NCBI GenBank assembly: GCA_965228875.1
Contig: OZ245843.1
Span: 3,516,616-3,580,615 of the forward strand
DNA: 64,000 nucleotides
Source of the DNA: Thalassobaculaceae bacterium
GTDB taxonomy: Bacteria > Pseudomonadota > Alphaproteobacteria > Thalassobaculales > Thalassobaculaceae
Direction: 5' to 3'
Shown: piece by piece, positions 1 through 12,700 of the stretch
Position numbering within the stretch: position 1 is the first letter of the stretch
Layout of the letters: the number at the start of each line of letters is the position of its first letter
Made by a program: the position numbers and the translations under genes
Notes under the pieces: generated by a model
Told to the model about the DNA's origin: nothing
The model's input: the letters and a program-made list of their open reading frames with translations, nothing else
Databases searched by the model: none

Positions 1-720
1 TCGGCCTGCCAGACCGGGTCGACCTCGTCGATCTCGGTGCTGGCGCCGATCGCATCGCCGTTCATCTGCCACAGCGCCACGCCACCCTCGGAGTCGCGGA
101 GCAGGATGTCGTCCCGCCCGTCGCCGTCGAAGTCGGCGGTACCCAGGATCTCGGTCGTCGCGTCGAGCTCCAGCTCGCCGCCGACGCTCGGGCCGGCCGG
201 ATCGGTGATGTCGCTCCAGACGACCAGTCCGCCGGTGGTCCCGTCGCGCCACAGCAGGTCCTGGCTGCCGTCGCCGTCGAAGTCACCGGTCCCCGCCAGC
301 GTCAGGTCGCCGCCGACCGACAGGGCCGGACCGCCCGTGGCCGCGCCGTCGGCGCCGAGCTGCCAGACCGACACGGTGCCGGTCGAGGCATCGCTCAGTA
401 GCAGGTCGTCGGTGCCGTCGCCGTCGAAGTCGCCGGTCGCCGCGACCGTGGCGTCGCCTGCGATGCCGCTGCGGGTTCCCTCTTCGGTGATGCCGGCGGC
501 ATCGACGCCGACCACCGCCGTGACGCCGGTTGCCGTGTTCTGGATCAGCACCTCGTCATCGGCGCCATCGCCGTCGAAGTCGCCGGTCGCCAGCACCCGT
601 TCGCCCGAGGCCAGGGCCCGGGTGTCGAGGACGGTGGCCCCGTCCCCGGTCACCTCGACGGCGCGGATCATGCCGTCCTCGCCCTGCATCGCCAGGACGG
701 CGGCCGGATCGGCGTCCGCC
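1..720 (-). repeat. FG-GAP/VCBS-like repeats (GDFDGDGxDDLL) in the distal part of the giant protein
   Basis: Four TGDFDGDG/TADFDGDG motifs spaced about 50 aa apart, e.g. GDFDGDGSQDLLWRD. Confidence 0.85.
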
Positions 721-3700
721 TCCAGGCGCGGCAGCAGGTCGCGCACCGGCTCGTCGCCGAGCACGAGCTCGATATTGTCGATCAGCGCGCCGTAGCTGTC
801 GGCGGCGCCGTCGGCATCGGCGCCGACGAACGAGATCGTGTGCTCCCCGACCTCGAGGTTCAGGCTCACCACGTCGCTGTGCCAGCTGGTCGCCGCGTTG
901 GTCTGCGTATAGACCGTCTGCCCGTCGATCTCGATGCTGAACTCGCTCGTCCCCGCCGCATCCCCGCCATGCTGACGGGCGGCGAAGTCGAAGGACAGGG
1001 TGTGCAGGCCGGCATCCTGGATGGTGAAGGCCTGCGTCACCTTGGCATTGGTGTCGCCGGGTTGCGCGCCCAGGTCCGGATGGCTGTCGAGTTCGAGGAC
1101 CTGGTTGTCGGCCTCCCAGCCCACCGGGTTGCTCGGCGCGCCGCCCACGCGGCCCTGCTGGATCTCGATCGGAGCGGTGCCCACCACCAGCGGTGTGGCG
1201 TCCTCCGCGACCCAGCCCTGGATCTCGGCGAAGGTGCCCCAGCTACCGTGGTTCAGCGCCGGCGTGGTCTCGAAGTCGGCGTTCAGCAGGAAGTTGACGC
1301 CGGCACCCGGGCCTTCCTGGCCGCCGATCACCAGCTTCTCCACACCCTCCACATCGACCCCGTCGAGGTCGTCGATCGTGTCGATATAGACCGTGTCGAA
1401 GCCGTCGCCGCCGACCAGAGCGGTATCGCCCGGGCCGCCGTAGAGCACGTCGTCGCCGGCGCCGCCGGAGAGCGCGTCGTTGCCGGCGCCGCCGCTCAGG
1501 ACATCGTCGCCGTCGCCGCCGTAGATCGTGTCGTCGCCAGCGCGCCCGGAGATCGTGTCATTGCCGGTGGTGCTGAGCAGAACGTCGTCGCCCGAGGAAC
1601 CGACACGCGCCAGCAGGTTGCGCGACGGCTCGGTCCCGGAGACCAGCTCGATATTGTCGATCAGCGCCCCGTGGCGGTCCTCGCGCAGGGTGCCGAGCAG
1701 CCCGATGGTGTGCTCGCCGACGCCAAGGTCCAGGGTGAGGAAATCGCTGACCCAGGCGTGTGGCGCCTCTTCCTGGCTGTAGACCACCTCGCCGTCGATC
1801 AGGATGTCGAAACCGCTGGTCTCGGCGGTGCGGCCGGCGAACTGACGGGCCGCGTAGTCGAAGGACAGGGTGTAGGTGCCCTCGTTGAACACGGTAAAGG
1901 TCTGCTCGACCAGGGCGTTGTTGTTGTTGACCGGTTGACCGCCCGCCTCCGGCCCGGAGTCGAGCTCGAGCACATTGTTACCGGCTTCCCAGCCGTCCGG
2001 TGACACCGGAGCGCCGCCGATACGGCCGTTCTGGATCTCCATCGGCGAAGTGCCGGGAATATCCGGGTCGGTGTCGACCGCGGTCCAGCCCTGGATCTCC
2101 TGGAACATCGTCCAGATATTGGTCAGTTCGGTCGGCGTGCTCTCGAAGTCGCCGTTGATCAGCAGGTTCCAGCCATCCGCCGGACCGCTGTCGCCGCCGA
2201 CCACCAGATGCTCGATCCCGTCGACGGTGGCGCCGTCGAGGTCGTCGATGCTGTCGACGTAGAGCGTGTCGTCGCCCTCGCCGCCGATCAGGCTGGCGTC
2301 GCCGGCCCCGCCGTACAGGGCGTCGTCTCCCGCGCCGCCGATCAGAACGTCGCTACCCTCGCCGCCGACCAGCACGTCACCGTCGGAATTGTCCGCCGGC
2401 TCCGGCGTGACCGTGATCCCGGAGATCAGATAGTCGCTGCTGTCGTTGGTCACGGTCTGACCGCCGCCGCCATAGGGCAGCGCGGTGAAGACCAGGGTAT
2501 CGAAGGCCGTCGCCGGGGCGATCTCGACGGTCGTCGAGATGCCGGTCTCGGACGTGGTGTCGATATCGCCTTCGCCGACCAGTTCGCCGTTGCGGTACGC
2601 CGCCCAGTGACCGACCTCGCCGCCCTGGCCCTCGGCGGGGAACATGCGGTCGACCGATACCGTCGCCGAAACCGCCGGATCGTCGAGTTCGACGATGAGC
2701 TGCTCCGACTGGCCGGTGACGGCATCGTAGCCGAGTTGGACCGCCGGGCCGCCGGTGGCGCCCGCCACCCCCAGGCTGCCGCCGGAGGTCGAGACATGGT
2801 CGACGCTCGCCTCGGTCAGCGCGCCGTCGACGATCTTGCGGCCGGTCACCGCGAAGCCCTGGTCGTCGGCATCGTAGTTCGAGGCGTCGATGGCGATGGC
2901 CGCCGGGGCCTCGTCGCCGTCGCCGATGATCGTGTCGTTGCCGGCGCCGCCGGACAGGGTGTCGCCACCGCCGCCACCGGAGATCAGGTCGTCGCCGCCG
3001 AGACCGGAGATCGCCTCGGCGTCGTTGGTCCCGACCAGCGTGTCATCGCCTTCCGTCCCGGTCAGACCGCGCGGTCCGAACGGATTGACGAAGCCGGCTT
3101 CCTCCAGCGCCTCGAGATCGGCGGCGTTCGGGTTCGACGCCTTGGTCTCCTGGCGGTCGGTGCCGTTGATCTCGTAGCTGACCACCATGGTGCCGCTGGC
3201 GGCCTCGCTCCAGAAGAAGCTGTCACCCGGCGGTGCGGTCACCGGCCCGTCCTGCGGGTCGTCGACGCCGTACATGTCGGCGGTCGCCTCGACCGTCTCG
3301 TCGTTCGGGTTGCGCAGGCGCCAGACCTGCTCGAAGTCGCCGTCGCCGTCGAGATCCGCCTTGCCCATCGCGGTCAGGGTGAGCCGCTGCAGCGGCACGC
3401 CCGGCGTCAGCGCGATGTCGGCGCCGCCGCCCTCGGCCGCGGTGACCTCGGCGCTGACAAAGGAACCGTCGACCTCGAAGCTCGACTCGGCGGTGCCGTC
3501 GCCGTCGCGATCCAGGCTGACCGTGGTGACATCGTCCTCGACCGACAGAGTGACCTCGAGCCGGTTCGGGTTCACGCCGGTGACCCGCAGGGTGTCGTCC
3601 TCGGCGTCGTAATCGGTGACCCGATCGCCGTCGACATCGCGCCAATGGCCGGCGAAGACGTCGTTGCCGGCGCCACCGGTCAACGTGTCGGACCCGCGTC

Positions 3701-6700
3701 CGCCGGACAGGGTGTCGTTGCCGGCGCCGCCCTCCAGCGCATCCGCCCCGGTTCCGCCTTTCAGCAGGTCGTCGCCGTTGCCGCCGGACAGCGCGTCGGC
3801 GCCGTCATAACCGACCAGGGTGTCGTCCCCGTCGCCGCCGACCAGCGTATCGTCCTGGCGCCAGCCGCGCAGCGAGTCGTCGCCATCGCCGCCGGACAGC
3901 ACGTCGTTGCCGCCGCCGCCCATGAGGGTGTCGTTACCGGCACCGCCGGAGACCGTGTCGTCGTCGGCGCCGGCATGGACCGAGTCCGCCCCGTCGCCGC
4001 CGAGGATCAGGTCGGCGCCGGTGTTGCCCTTGAGGGTGTCGGCCCCGTCGCCGCCCGAGAGCGTATCGGCGTCGCCGCCGCCGATCACCAGATCCGCGCC
4101 GGTCCCGCCGACCAGCAGGTCGCTGCCGCCGCCGCCCTTCAGGGTGTCGTCGCCATCGCCGCCGGACAGCACGTCGTCGTCGCGCGAGCCGACCAGACTG
4201 TCATCGCCGCGACCGCCCGAAAGCGAGTCGTTGCCGCCGCCGCCCCAGAGCGTGTCGTTGCCGGTCCCGCCGGAGAGCACGTCGGCACCGCGACCGCCGT
4301 TCATCCGGTCGTCGCCCTCGCCACCGGACAGCAGGTCGTCGCCATTGTCGCCGCCCAGGGTGTCGTCACCGAGGCCGCCGATCACGGTGTCGTCGTCGTT
4401 CTGACCGCGCAGGTCGTCGGCCCCGTCGCCGCCGAGCAGCAGGTCGTTGCCCGTACCGCCCCGAAGCGCGTCGTCGCCGGCACCGCCCGAAAGCGTGTCG
4501 GCATCGCCGCCGGCGTTCAGCGTGTCGTCGCCGGCGCCGCCGGACAGCGTGTCGGCCCCGTTGCCGCCATTGACCACATCGTTGCCGGCACCGCCGGACA
4601 GCAGGTCGTCGCCGTTGTCGCCGCCGAGCCTGTCGTCGCCGAGGCCACCGAGCAGGGTGTCGTCGTCGTTCTGGCCGCGCAGGTCGTCGGCCCCGTCGCC
4701 GCCAAGCAGCAGGTCGTTGCCCGTACCGCCCCGAAGCGCGTCGTCGCCGGCACCGCCCGACAGCGTGTCGGCGTCGCCGCCGGCGTTCAGCGTGTCATCG
4801 CCTTCGCCGCCGGACAGCGTGTCGGCCCCGTTGCCGCCATTGACCACGTCGTTGCCGGCACCGCCGGAAAGCAGGTCGTCGCCGTTGTCGCCGCCGAGCC
4901 TGTCGTCGCCGAGGCCACCGAGCAGGGTGTCGTCGTCGTTCTGGCCGCGCAGGTCGTCGCCTCCGTCGCCGCCAAGCAGCAGGTCGTTGCCCGTACCGCC
5001 CCGAAGCGCGTCGTCGCCGGCACCGCCCGACAGCGTGTCGGCGTCGCCGCCGCCGTTCAGCGTGTCGTCGCCTTCGCCGCCGGAAAGCGTGTCGGCCCCG
5101 TTGCCGCCATTGACCACGTCGTTGCCGGCACCGCCGGAAAGCAGGTCGTCGCCGTTGTCGCCGCCGAGCCTGTCGTCGCCGAGGCCACCGAGCAGGGTAT
5201 CGTCGTCGTTCTGGCCACGCAGGTCGTCGGCTCCGTCGCCGCCAAGCAGCAGGTCGTTGCCCGTACCGCCCCGCAGCGCGTCGTCGCCGCTCTCGCCCGA
5301 GAGCGTGTCGGCATCGCCGCCACCGTTCAGCGTGTCGTTACCGGCACCGCCGAACAGGGTGTCGGCCCCGTTGTCGCCGCCAAGCGTATCGTCGCCGTCG
5401 CCGCCGGAGAGTGCGTCGGCGCCCACATGGCCGCGCAGGTTGTCCGCGCCGTCGCCGCCGAACACACGGTCGTCGCCGGTGCCGCCGTTCAGAACGTCGT
5501 CGCCCGCCCCGCCGGAGAGCGTGTCGTCGTCGCCGCCGCCGGCAATCGTGTCCGCGCCGTCGCCGCCGATCGCCAGGTCGGCGCCGTTGTCGCCGCGCAG
5601 GCTGTCGCTACCGACGCCGCCGGACAGCGTGTCGGCACCGACGCCGCCCCGGAGCTGGTCGTCGCCCGTGCCGCCGTACAGGGCGTCGTCGCCCTCCTGG
5701 CCGTGCAGCGTGTCGTTGCCGTCACCGCCGTAGACCATGTCGTCGGCCGACTTGGCATACACGACGTCGTCGCCGCCGAGGCCGCTGATCGTGTCCATCT
5801 CCGGCGTGCCGATCAGGGTGTCGTCGCCGTCGGTCGCGCCATAGGGGTCGTTCGGCTCGACGCTCAGGGTCAGGGTGGCGCCGTCGCCGGACTCGGCCAG
5901 TTCCCAGCCTTCGAACGTACCGGTCACGCGGAAGGTCGCCAGCGGGCTGCCGTTGCCGTCATCGCCGATGGCCACGGTGGTCTCGCCACCCGCGACGCTC
6001 AGCGAGACGGGCGCATCGCCATCCGACAGGTCGGAGATGCGGATCTCCTCGCCCTCGGCGTAGTCGGCGATCAGGTCACCGTCGAGGCCGTCCAGCGTGC
6101 CGCCGAACACATCCTCACCGTCGCCGCCGGAGAGCGTGTCCGCCCCATCGCCGCCGACCAGAATGTCGCTGCCGGTCCCGCCACGCAGCGCGTCGTCGCC
6201 ATCGCCGCCGGACAAGGTATCCGCGCCATCGCCGCCGACCAGCGTATCCAGGCCGGTCCCGCCGACCAGCAGGTCGTCGTCCGTCCCGCCGGACAGGGCG
6301 TCATGGCCGTCACCGCCGGAGAGCGAGTCGTTGCCGGCGCCGCCCGACAGGACGTCGTCGTCGGCATGACCCTCGACGCGGTCGTCGCCGGTGCCGCCGG
6401 ACAGGGTGTCGTTGCCCGAGTTCCCGGCCAGCCAGTCATTGCCCGAACCGCCGGAGATCTCGTCGTCGCCCTGGTTGCCCCAGACCGCGTCGTTGCCCTG
6501 GCCGCCGATCAGGGTGCTGTCGCCGGCGGAGTAGACGTGGCTGGCGAGGTCGATCACGTCGTCGCCGTCACCGGCGTCGATCACCTCGATGCCGGACAGC
6601 CGCTGATCGCCGAAGTGCAGGGCGATATCGTCGGCGCCATCGGTGCCGAGCAGCGTGTCGCTGTCCCCGGTGCCGCTGTCGATATAGGAGTCGTAGCGCG

Positions 6701-9700
6701 CGTGACCGGCATTGCCCGGGTTGTGGCTCTCGGCGTCGGTGATGCTGCCGTCGGTCAGCGGGTTCTCGGGGTCGCCGACCTGATAGTTGCGCACGCCGCC
6801 GCTCTGGTCGCCGGACCAGACATAGAGGTCGTCGCCCTCGCCGCCGTCGAGCACATCGCGCCCGCCGCCGCCGCTCAGCGTGTCGTTCCCGGCGCCGCCG
6901 AGCAACGTGTCGTTGCCGGCCCCGCCCTCGAGGCTGTCGCCACCGTCGCCGCCATACAGCGCGTCGTTGCCCTGCTGTCCGCTGAGGGTATCGCTGCCGG
7001 CGCCGCCATAGACCACGTCGTCGGCGGAGAGGGCGTGGATCAGGTCGTCGCCGCCGAGGCCGCTGATCGTGTCCGCGTCCGGCGTACCGAGCAGACTGTC
7101 GTCGCCCTCGGTCGCGCCGTACGGATCGATCGGATCCTCGCTCAGCGTCAGGGTGACGCCGTCGCCGGTCTCGACGAGCTCCGCCCCCTCGTACGTCCCG
7201 GACACCCGGAAGGTCGCGAGCGGCGCTCCGGTGCCGTCATCGCCGATCTCGACGATGGTCTGGCTGCCCGACGGCGTGAGGACGACCGGGGTGTCGGCGT
7301 CGCTCAGGTCGGAGATCCGGATCTCCTCGCCCTCGGCGTAATCGCCGATCAGGTCGCCGTCGAGTTCGGAGAGCGTTCCGGCGAAGACATCCTCGCCACC
7401 ATTGCCGAACAGGTAGTCGTTGCCCGCACCACCCGAGATCGTGTCCGTGCCGTCGCCGGCGAAGACCCAGTCCGCGCCGCTGCCGCCGGCAAGCGCATCG
7501 TTGCCGTCGCCGCCGCTCAGCCGGTCGTTGCCACTGCCCCCGGAGAGGGAGTCGTCGCCGGAGCCGCCGGCCATCCGGTCGCCGCCGGCCCCGCCGACTG
7601 CCAGGTCGTTGCCGGCCCCGCCGGAGAGCGAGTCGTTGCCCGAGCCACCCGACAGGGTGTCGGCCTCGCCGCCGCCGGCGAGGGCGTCGTCGCCGTCCCC
7701 ACCGTCGATCGCGTCGCTGCCGGCCCCGCCGACGATCTCGTCGTCGCCTGCGCCGCCGGACAGCGTGTCGGACCCGTCGCCGCCGCTGATCGTGTCGGCG
7801 CCGTCCTGGCCGTAGACCGCATCGTCCCCGTCCTCGCCGTTCAGGACATCGTCGCCCTGGCCGCCGGAGATCGTGTCGTTGCCGCCACCGCCGAACACCA
7901 CGTCGGCCGCCGACAACGCCGAGATCGCGTCGTCCTCGTCGCCGCCGGAGATCGTGTCGTTTTCCGGCGTGCCCTGCAGGGAGTCGTTCGCGTCGCCACC
8001 GGACAGCGTGTCGTTGCCGGCACCGCCGGACGCACCGTCACCATACAGGGTATCGGCGCCGTGACCGCCGCTGAGGGTGTCGTCGCCGGCGCCGCCGATG
8101 ACGCTGTCGGTACCGTTGCCGCCGAGCAGAGAGTCGTCGCCGTCGCCGCCGGACACGACATCGGCGTCGTGGCTGCCGTCGACCGTGTCGTTGCCGGCAC
8201 CGCCCGACAGCGAGTCGGAACCGTTGCCGCCGTTCATGCTGTCGTCGCCGGCACCGCCGGAGAGCGAGTCGTTGCCGTGGGAGCCGTAGAGCGTGTCGTC
8301 GCCCTCGGTGCCGGTGACCGTATCGCTGCCGCTGCCGTTGTTGCTCGACTGCCAGCCGCCGTTCGGGTCCTGAATGCCGGGGCCGCTGCCCTCGCCGAAA
8401 TACAGGTAGGTGTCGCCGCCCTGGGTCGTCGCCGAGACCGAGTCGAAATCCCCGGTCATGGCGAAGGTCATGTCGGGATTGCCGTCGCCGTCGGTGTCGA
8501 TCGCGACCTGTGTGGTCGAGCCGTCGGAGGTCAGCGTCACATCGCCGGCGTCGATCTCGCCGTCGATACGGACCAGGTCCTGGTTGTCGTAGTCGGTGAT
8601 CAGGTCGCCGTCGCCAGCCACGAACGTATCCCGCCCGAGACCGCCGACCAGCGTGTCGCCATCCGGTCCGCCGACCAGAAGGTCGTCATCATGACCACCC
8701 GACAACGTGTCGCCTCCGGCGCCGCCATAGAGCTGATCCGGACCGTTTCCGCCCACGAGCAGGTCGTTGCCATCGCCGTTCGCGGTCATGGTGTCGTTGC
8801 CGTCGCCACCCGTCAGCGTGTCGTTACCGTCACCGCCCGTCAGCGTGTCGTTACCGTCGCCACCCGTCAGCGTGTCGTTGCCGTCACCGCCGGTCAGCGT
8901 GTCGTTACCGTCGCCACCCGTCAGCGTGTCGTTACCGTCACCGCCGGTCAGCGTGTCGTTGCCGTCACCGCCGGTCAGGGTGTCGTTGCCGTCGCCGCCC
9001 GTCAGCGTGTCGTTGCCGTCGCCACCGGTGACGGTATCGCTGCCGCTGCCACCTTCCGGATCCGGGGTAACGGTGATGCTCTTGATCAGGTAGTCGCTGC
9101 TGTCGCCCGTACCGCTCTGAGAGTCGCCACCGTAGGGCAGAGCGGTGAAGACGATCTTGTCGAACGCCTGGCCGGGCTCGATCACCACGGTCGCCGACGA
9201 CCCGCTGGTGGCGAAGATATCGCCTTCGGCCACCAGGGTATCGCCGTCATAGACCGCCCAGTGCCCGACCTCGCCGCCGCTGCCCTCATTCGGGAACAGG
9301 CGCGTCACTTCGACCGTCGCCGAGGTGGCGCCGTCGTCAAAATTGACGATCAGTTCCTCGGAGATCCCGGTGGCCGGGTCGTAACCGAGTTGCACCGCGG
9401 GGCCGGCGGCGGGGCCGTCGACACCGAGACCGTCGCCGGTCGTGGACACGTAATCGACGCTCGGCTCGCTCAGCGCACCGTCGATGATCCGCCGACCGAC
9501 GACCGAGTAGCCGGATCCCGTATCGGTGAAATTGGATCCGTCGATGGTGTACGGATCGCCACCCGTCAGCGTGTCGTTGCCGTCACCACCCGTGAGCGTG
9601 TCGTTGCCGTCGCCACCCGTCAGCGTGTCGTTGCCGTCACCACCCGTGAGCGTGTCGTTGCCGTCGCCACCCGTCAGCGTGTCGTTGCCGTCGCCACCCG

Positions 9701-12700
9701 TCAGCGTGTCGTTACCGTCGCCGCCCGTGAGCGTGTCGTTGCCGTCACCGCCCGTGAGCGTGTCGTTGCCGTCACCGCCGGTCAGCGTGTCGTTGCCGTC
9801 ACCGCCGGTCAGCGTGTCGTTGCCGTCACCGCCCGTCAGGGTGTCGTTGCCGTCACCGCCCGTCAGGGTGTCGTTGCCGTCGCCACCCGTCAGCGTGTCG
9901 TTGCCGTCACCGCCCGTCAGCGTGTCGTTGCCGTCACCGCCCGTCAGCGTGTCGTTGCCGTCACCGCCCGTCAGCGTGTCGTTGCCGTCACCGCCGGTCA
10001 GCGTGTCGTTGCCGTCACCGCCCGTCAGGGTGTCGTTGCCGTCACCGCCGGTCAGCGTGTCGTTGCCGTCACCGCCGGTCAGCGTGTCGTTGCCGTCACC
10101 GCCCGTCAGGGTGTCGTTGCCGTCGCCGCCGGATACGGTGTCGGAGATCTGGAAGGCCACGTCGGTGTGGAAACCGCCCTGGCCGTCGCTGCCGATGGTG
10201 ACGGTCGGATTGCCCTCGGCGCCGGCGACGCGGAAGGTCAGGTCGCCGTTTCCATCGCCGTCGGTATCCACGACGACGGTCGCGACTCCGTTCTCTGCGG
10301 AAACCGTGAAGTCGGCCGGGTCGAGCTGATAGCCGTCGAGACGGATCACGTCTCCACCGGCGTAGTCATCGACCAGATCGCCGTCGCCGACGGAGAACGT
10401 GTCGGCACCGTCGCCACCGACGAGGGTGTCCGCGCCGGCACCGCCGACCAGCACATCGTCGCCCGCGCCACCCGACAGAACGTCCGCGTCGCCACCGCCG
10501 TCGAGCGTATCGTCGCCGGCGCCGCCGGAGAGCGTATCGGCACCAAGACCGCCGCCCAGAGAATCCGCCCCGGCCCCGCCGACGAGCACGTCGTCGCCGG
10601 CACCCGCCTCGAGCGTGTCCGCACCATCGCCGCCGGAGAGCGTGTCGTCCCCGTCACCGCCGAGAAGCACGTCGGCACCGGTTCCGCCGGCAAGCACGTC
10701 GCTTCCGGCGCCGCCCTCGAGCGTGTCGTCACCAAATCCGCCAGACAGGGTATCGGCACCGTCGCCGCCGATCAGTCGGTCGTCGCCCGTTCCGCCCAGC
10801 AGCCGGTCGTTGCCGTCGCCCGCGGACAGGACGTCGTCTCCCAGTCCGCCCGACAGGGTGTCGTCGCCGGCGCCGCCGTCGAGCAGGTCGTTGCCGCTGC
10901 CGCCGGACAGCGCATCCTCGCCCCAGCCGCCATACATCGTGTCGGCGCCGTCGCCGCCGGCGACCTGATCGTCGCCACGGCCGCCGGAGAGGTCGTCGTC
11001 GCCCGCACCGCCGCGCACGGTGTCGTCGCCGTTACCGCCGGACAGGGTGTCGTCGCCCTCGCCACCGTCGAGCGCGTCGTTACCGCTGCCGCCGGACAGC
11101 CGGTCGCTGCCGATGCCCGCGGACAGGGTGTCGTTGCCGTCGCCACCGGAAAGGGTGTCGTCGCCGACGCCCCCGTCGAGAGTGTCGTCGCCCGCGCCGC
11201 CGTAGAGCAGATCGCCGCCGGTGCCGCCGGACAGGGCATCGTTGCCGGCGCCGCCGCTCAGCCGGTCGGCCCCGTCGCCGCCGAACAGGGAGTCGTCGCC
11301 GACGCCGCCCTGGACAGTGTCGTCGCCGGTACCGCCATAGACCGCGTCGTCGCCCCAGCCACCACCGAGGAAATCGTTGCCGTCGCCGCCGGAAAGAACG
11401 TCGTTGTTGTCCGGACCGGAGGGCAGCACGTCGTCGCCATCGTCGCCGGACCCGCCGTCGTCGCCGGTGATCGTGTCGTTACCCGCGCCGCCTGACAGGG
11501 TGTCGTTGCCGTCACCGCCGGAGACCTCGTCGTCGCCGTCGCCGCCGGAGACCGTGTCGTCGCCGTCGCCGCCGGACACGGTATCGTTCCCGTCGCCACC
11601 GGACAGGGTGTCGTTGCCGGCACCACCGCTCAGCGTGTCGTCGCCATCACCGCCCGACAGTGTGTCGTTGCCATCGCCGCCCGAGAGCGTGTCGTTGCCG
11701 GCACCGCCGCTGAGGGTGTCGTTGCCATCCCCACCCGACAGTGTGTCGTTGCCATCGCCGCCCGAGAGCGTGTCGTTGCCGGCACCGCCGCTGAGGGTGT
11801 CGTTGCCGTCGCCACCCGAGAGCGTGTCGTTGCCGTCGCCGCCGCTGAGGGTGTCGTTGCCGTCGCCACCCGAGAGCGTATCGTTGCCATCGCCGCCGGA
11901 CACGGTGTCGCCGCCGTCGCCCGATCCACCCGACGAGGTGTCGTCCCCGCCGCCCGGGATCGAGTTCACGCCCGAGAAGTTGCCGACCACGCCGAAGGTC
12001 ATGTCGGCATTGCCGTCGCCATCGGTATCGACGGAGACATGGGTCGTCGTGCCGTCGAACGACAGCGTGACGTCGTCGACCCCGACTCCGTCGGGGAAAC
12101 CGATCCGATCGCCGGAGCCGTAGTCGGTGATGAGGTCGCCGTCTCCCACGACGAAGGTGTCGGCGCCGATGCCGCCGGCCATGGTGTCCGCACCGTCGCC
12201 GCCGATGATGACATCGGCCCCGTTGCCACCGGAAAGCGTGTCGTCCCCAGCCCCGCCCGACAGCGTATCGGCGCCGTCGCTGCCAAGGATCAGATCGTTG
12301 CCGCTGAGCCCCAGGATAAGGTCGTCGCCGGTCCCGCCGGTCAGCGTGTCCGCCTCGGGCGTACCGGTGATGGTGGCGTCGTCGTCGGGGACCGTATCGT
12401 TACCGTCGCCGCCGCCGACCGTGTCATTGCCGTCACCGCCGGAGAGCGTGTCATTGCCGCCGCCCCCAGAGACGGTGTCGTTGCCGCCACCGCCGGAGAG
12501 CGTGTCATTACCGTCACCGCCGGTCAGCGTGTCGTTCCCACCGCCGCCCGAGAGCGTGTCGTTGCCGTCGCCACCCGAGAGCGTGTCGTCCGGCACGTAC
12601 GGCGTGGAGGCGTCGCCGAGTCCGAACTCGGTATACGGCACGCCTTCGCCGTCCACCCCGGTGGTGACCGCGCCGAGTTCGAAATCGCCGAGCGCCGTGA

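Noticed and set aside
8788..10135. Regular 27-bp repeats as a CRISPR array
   Set aside because: No unique spacers, in-frame coding nonapeptides, no cas genes
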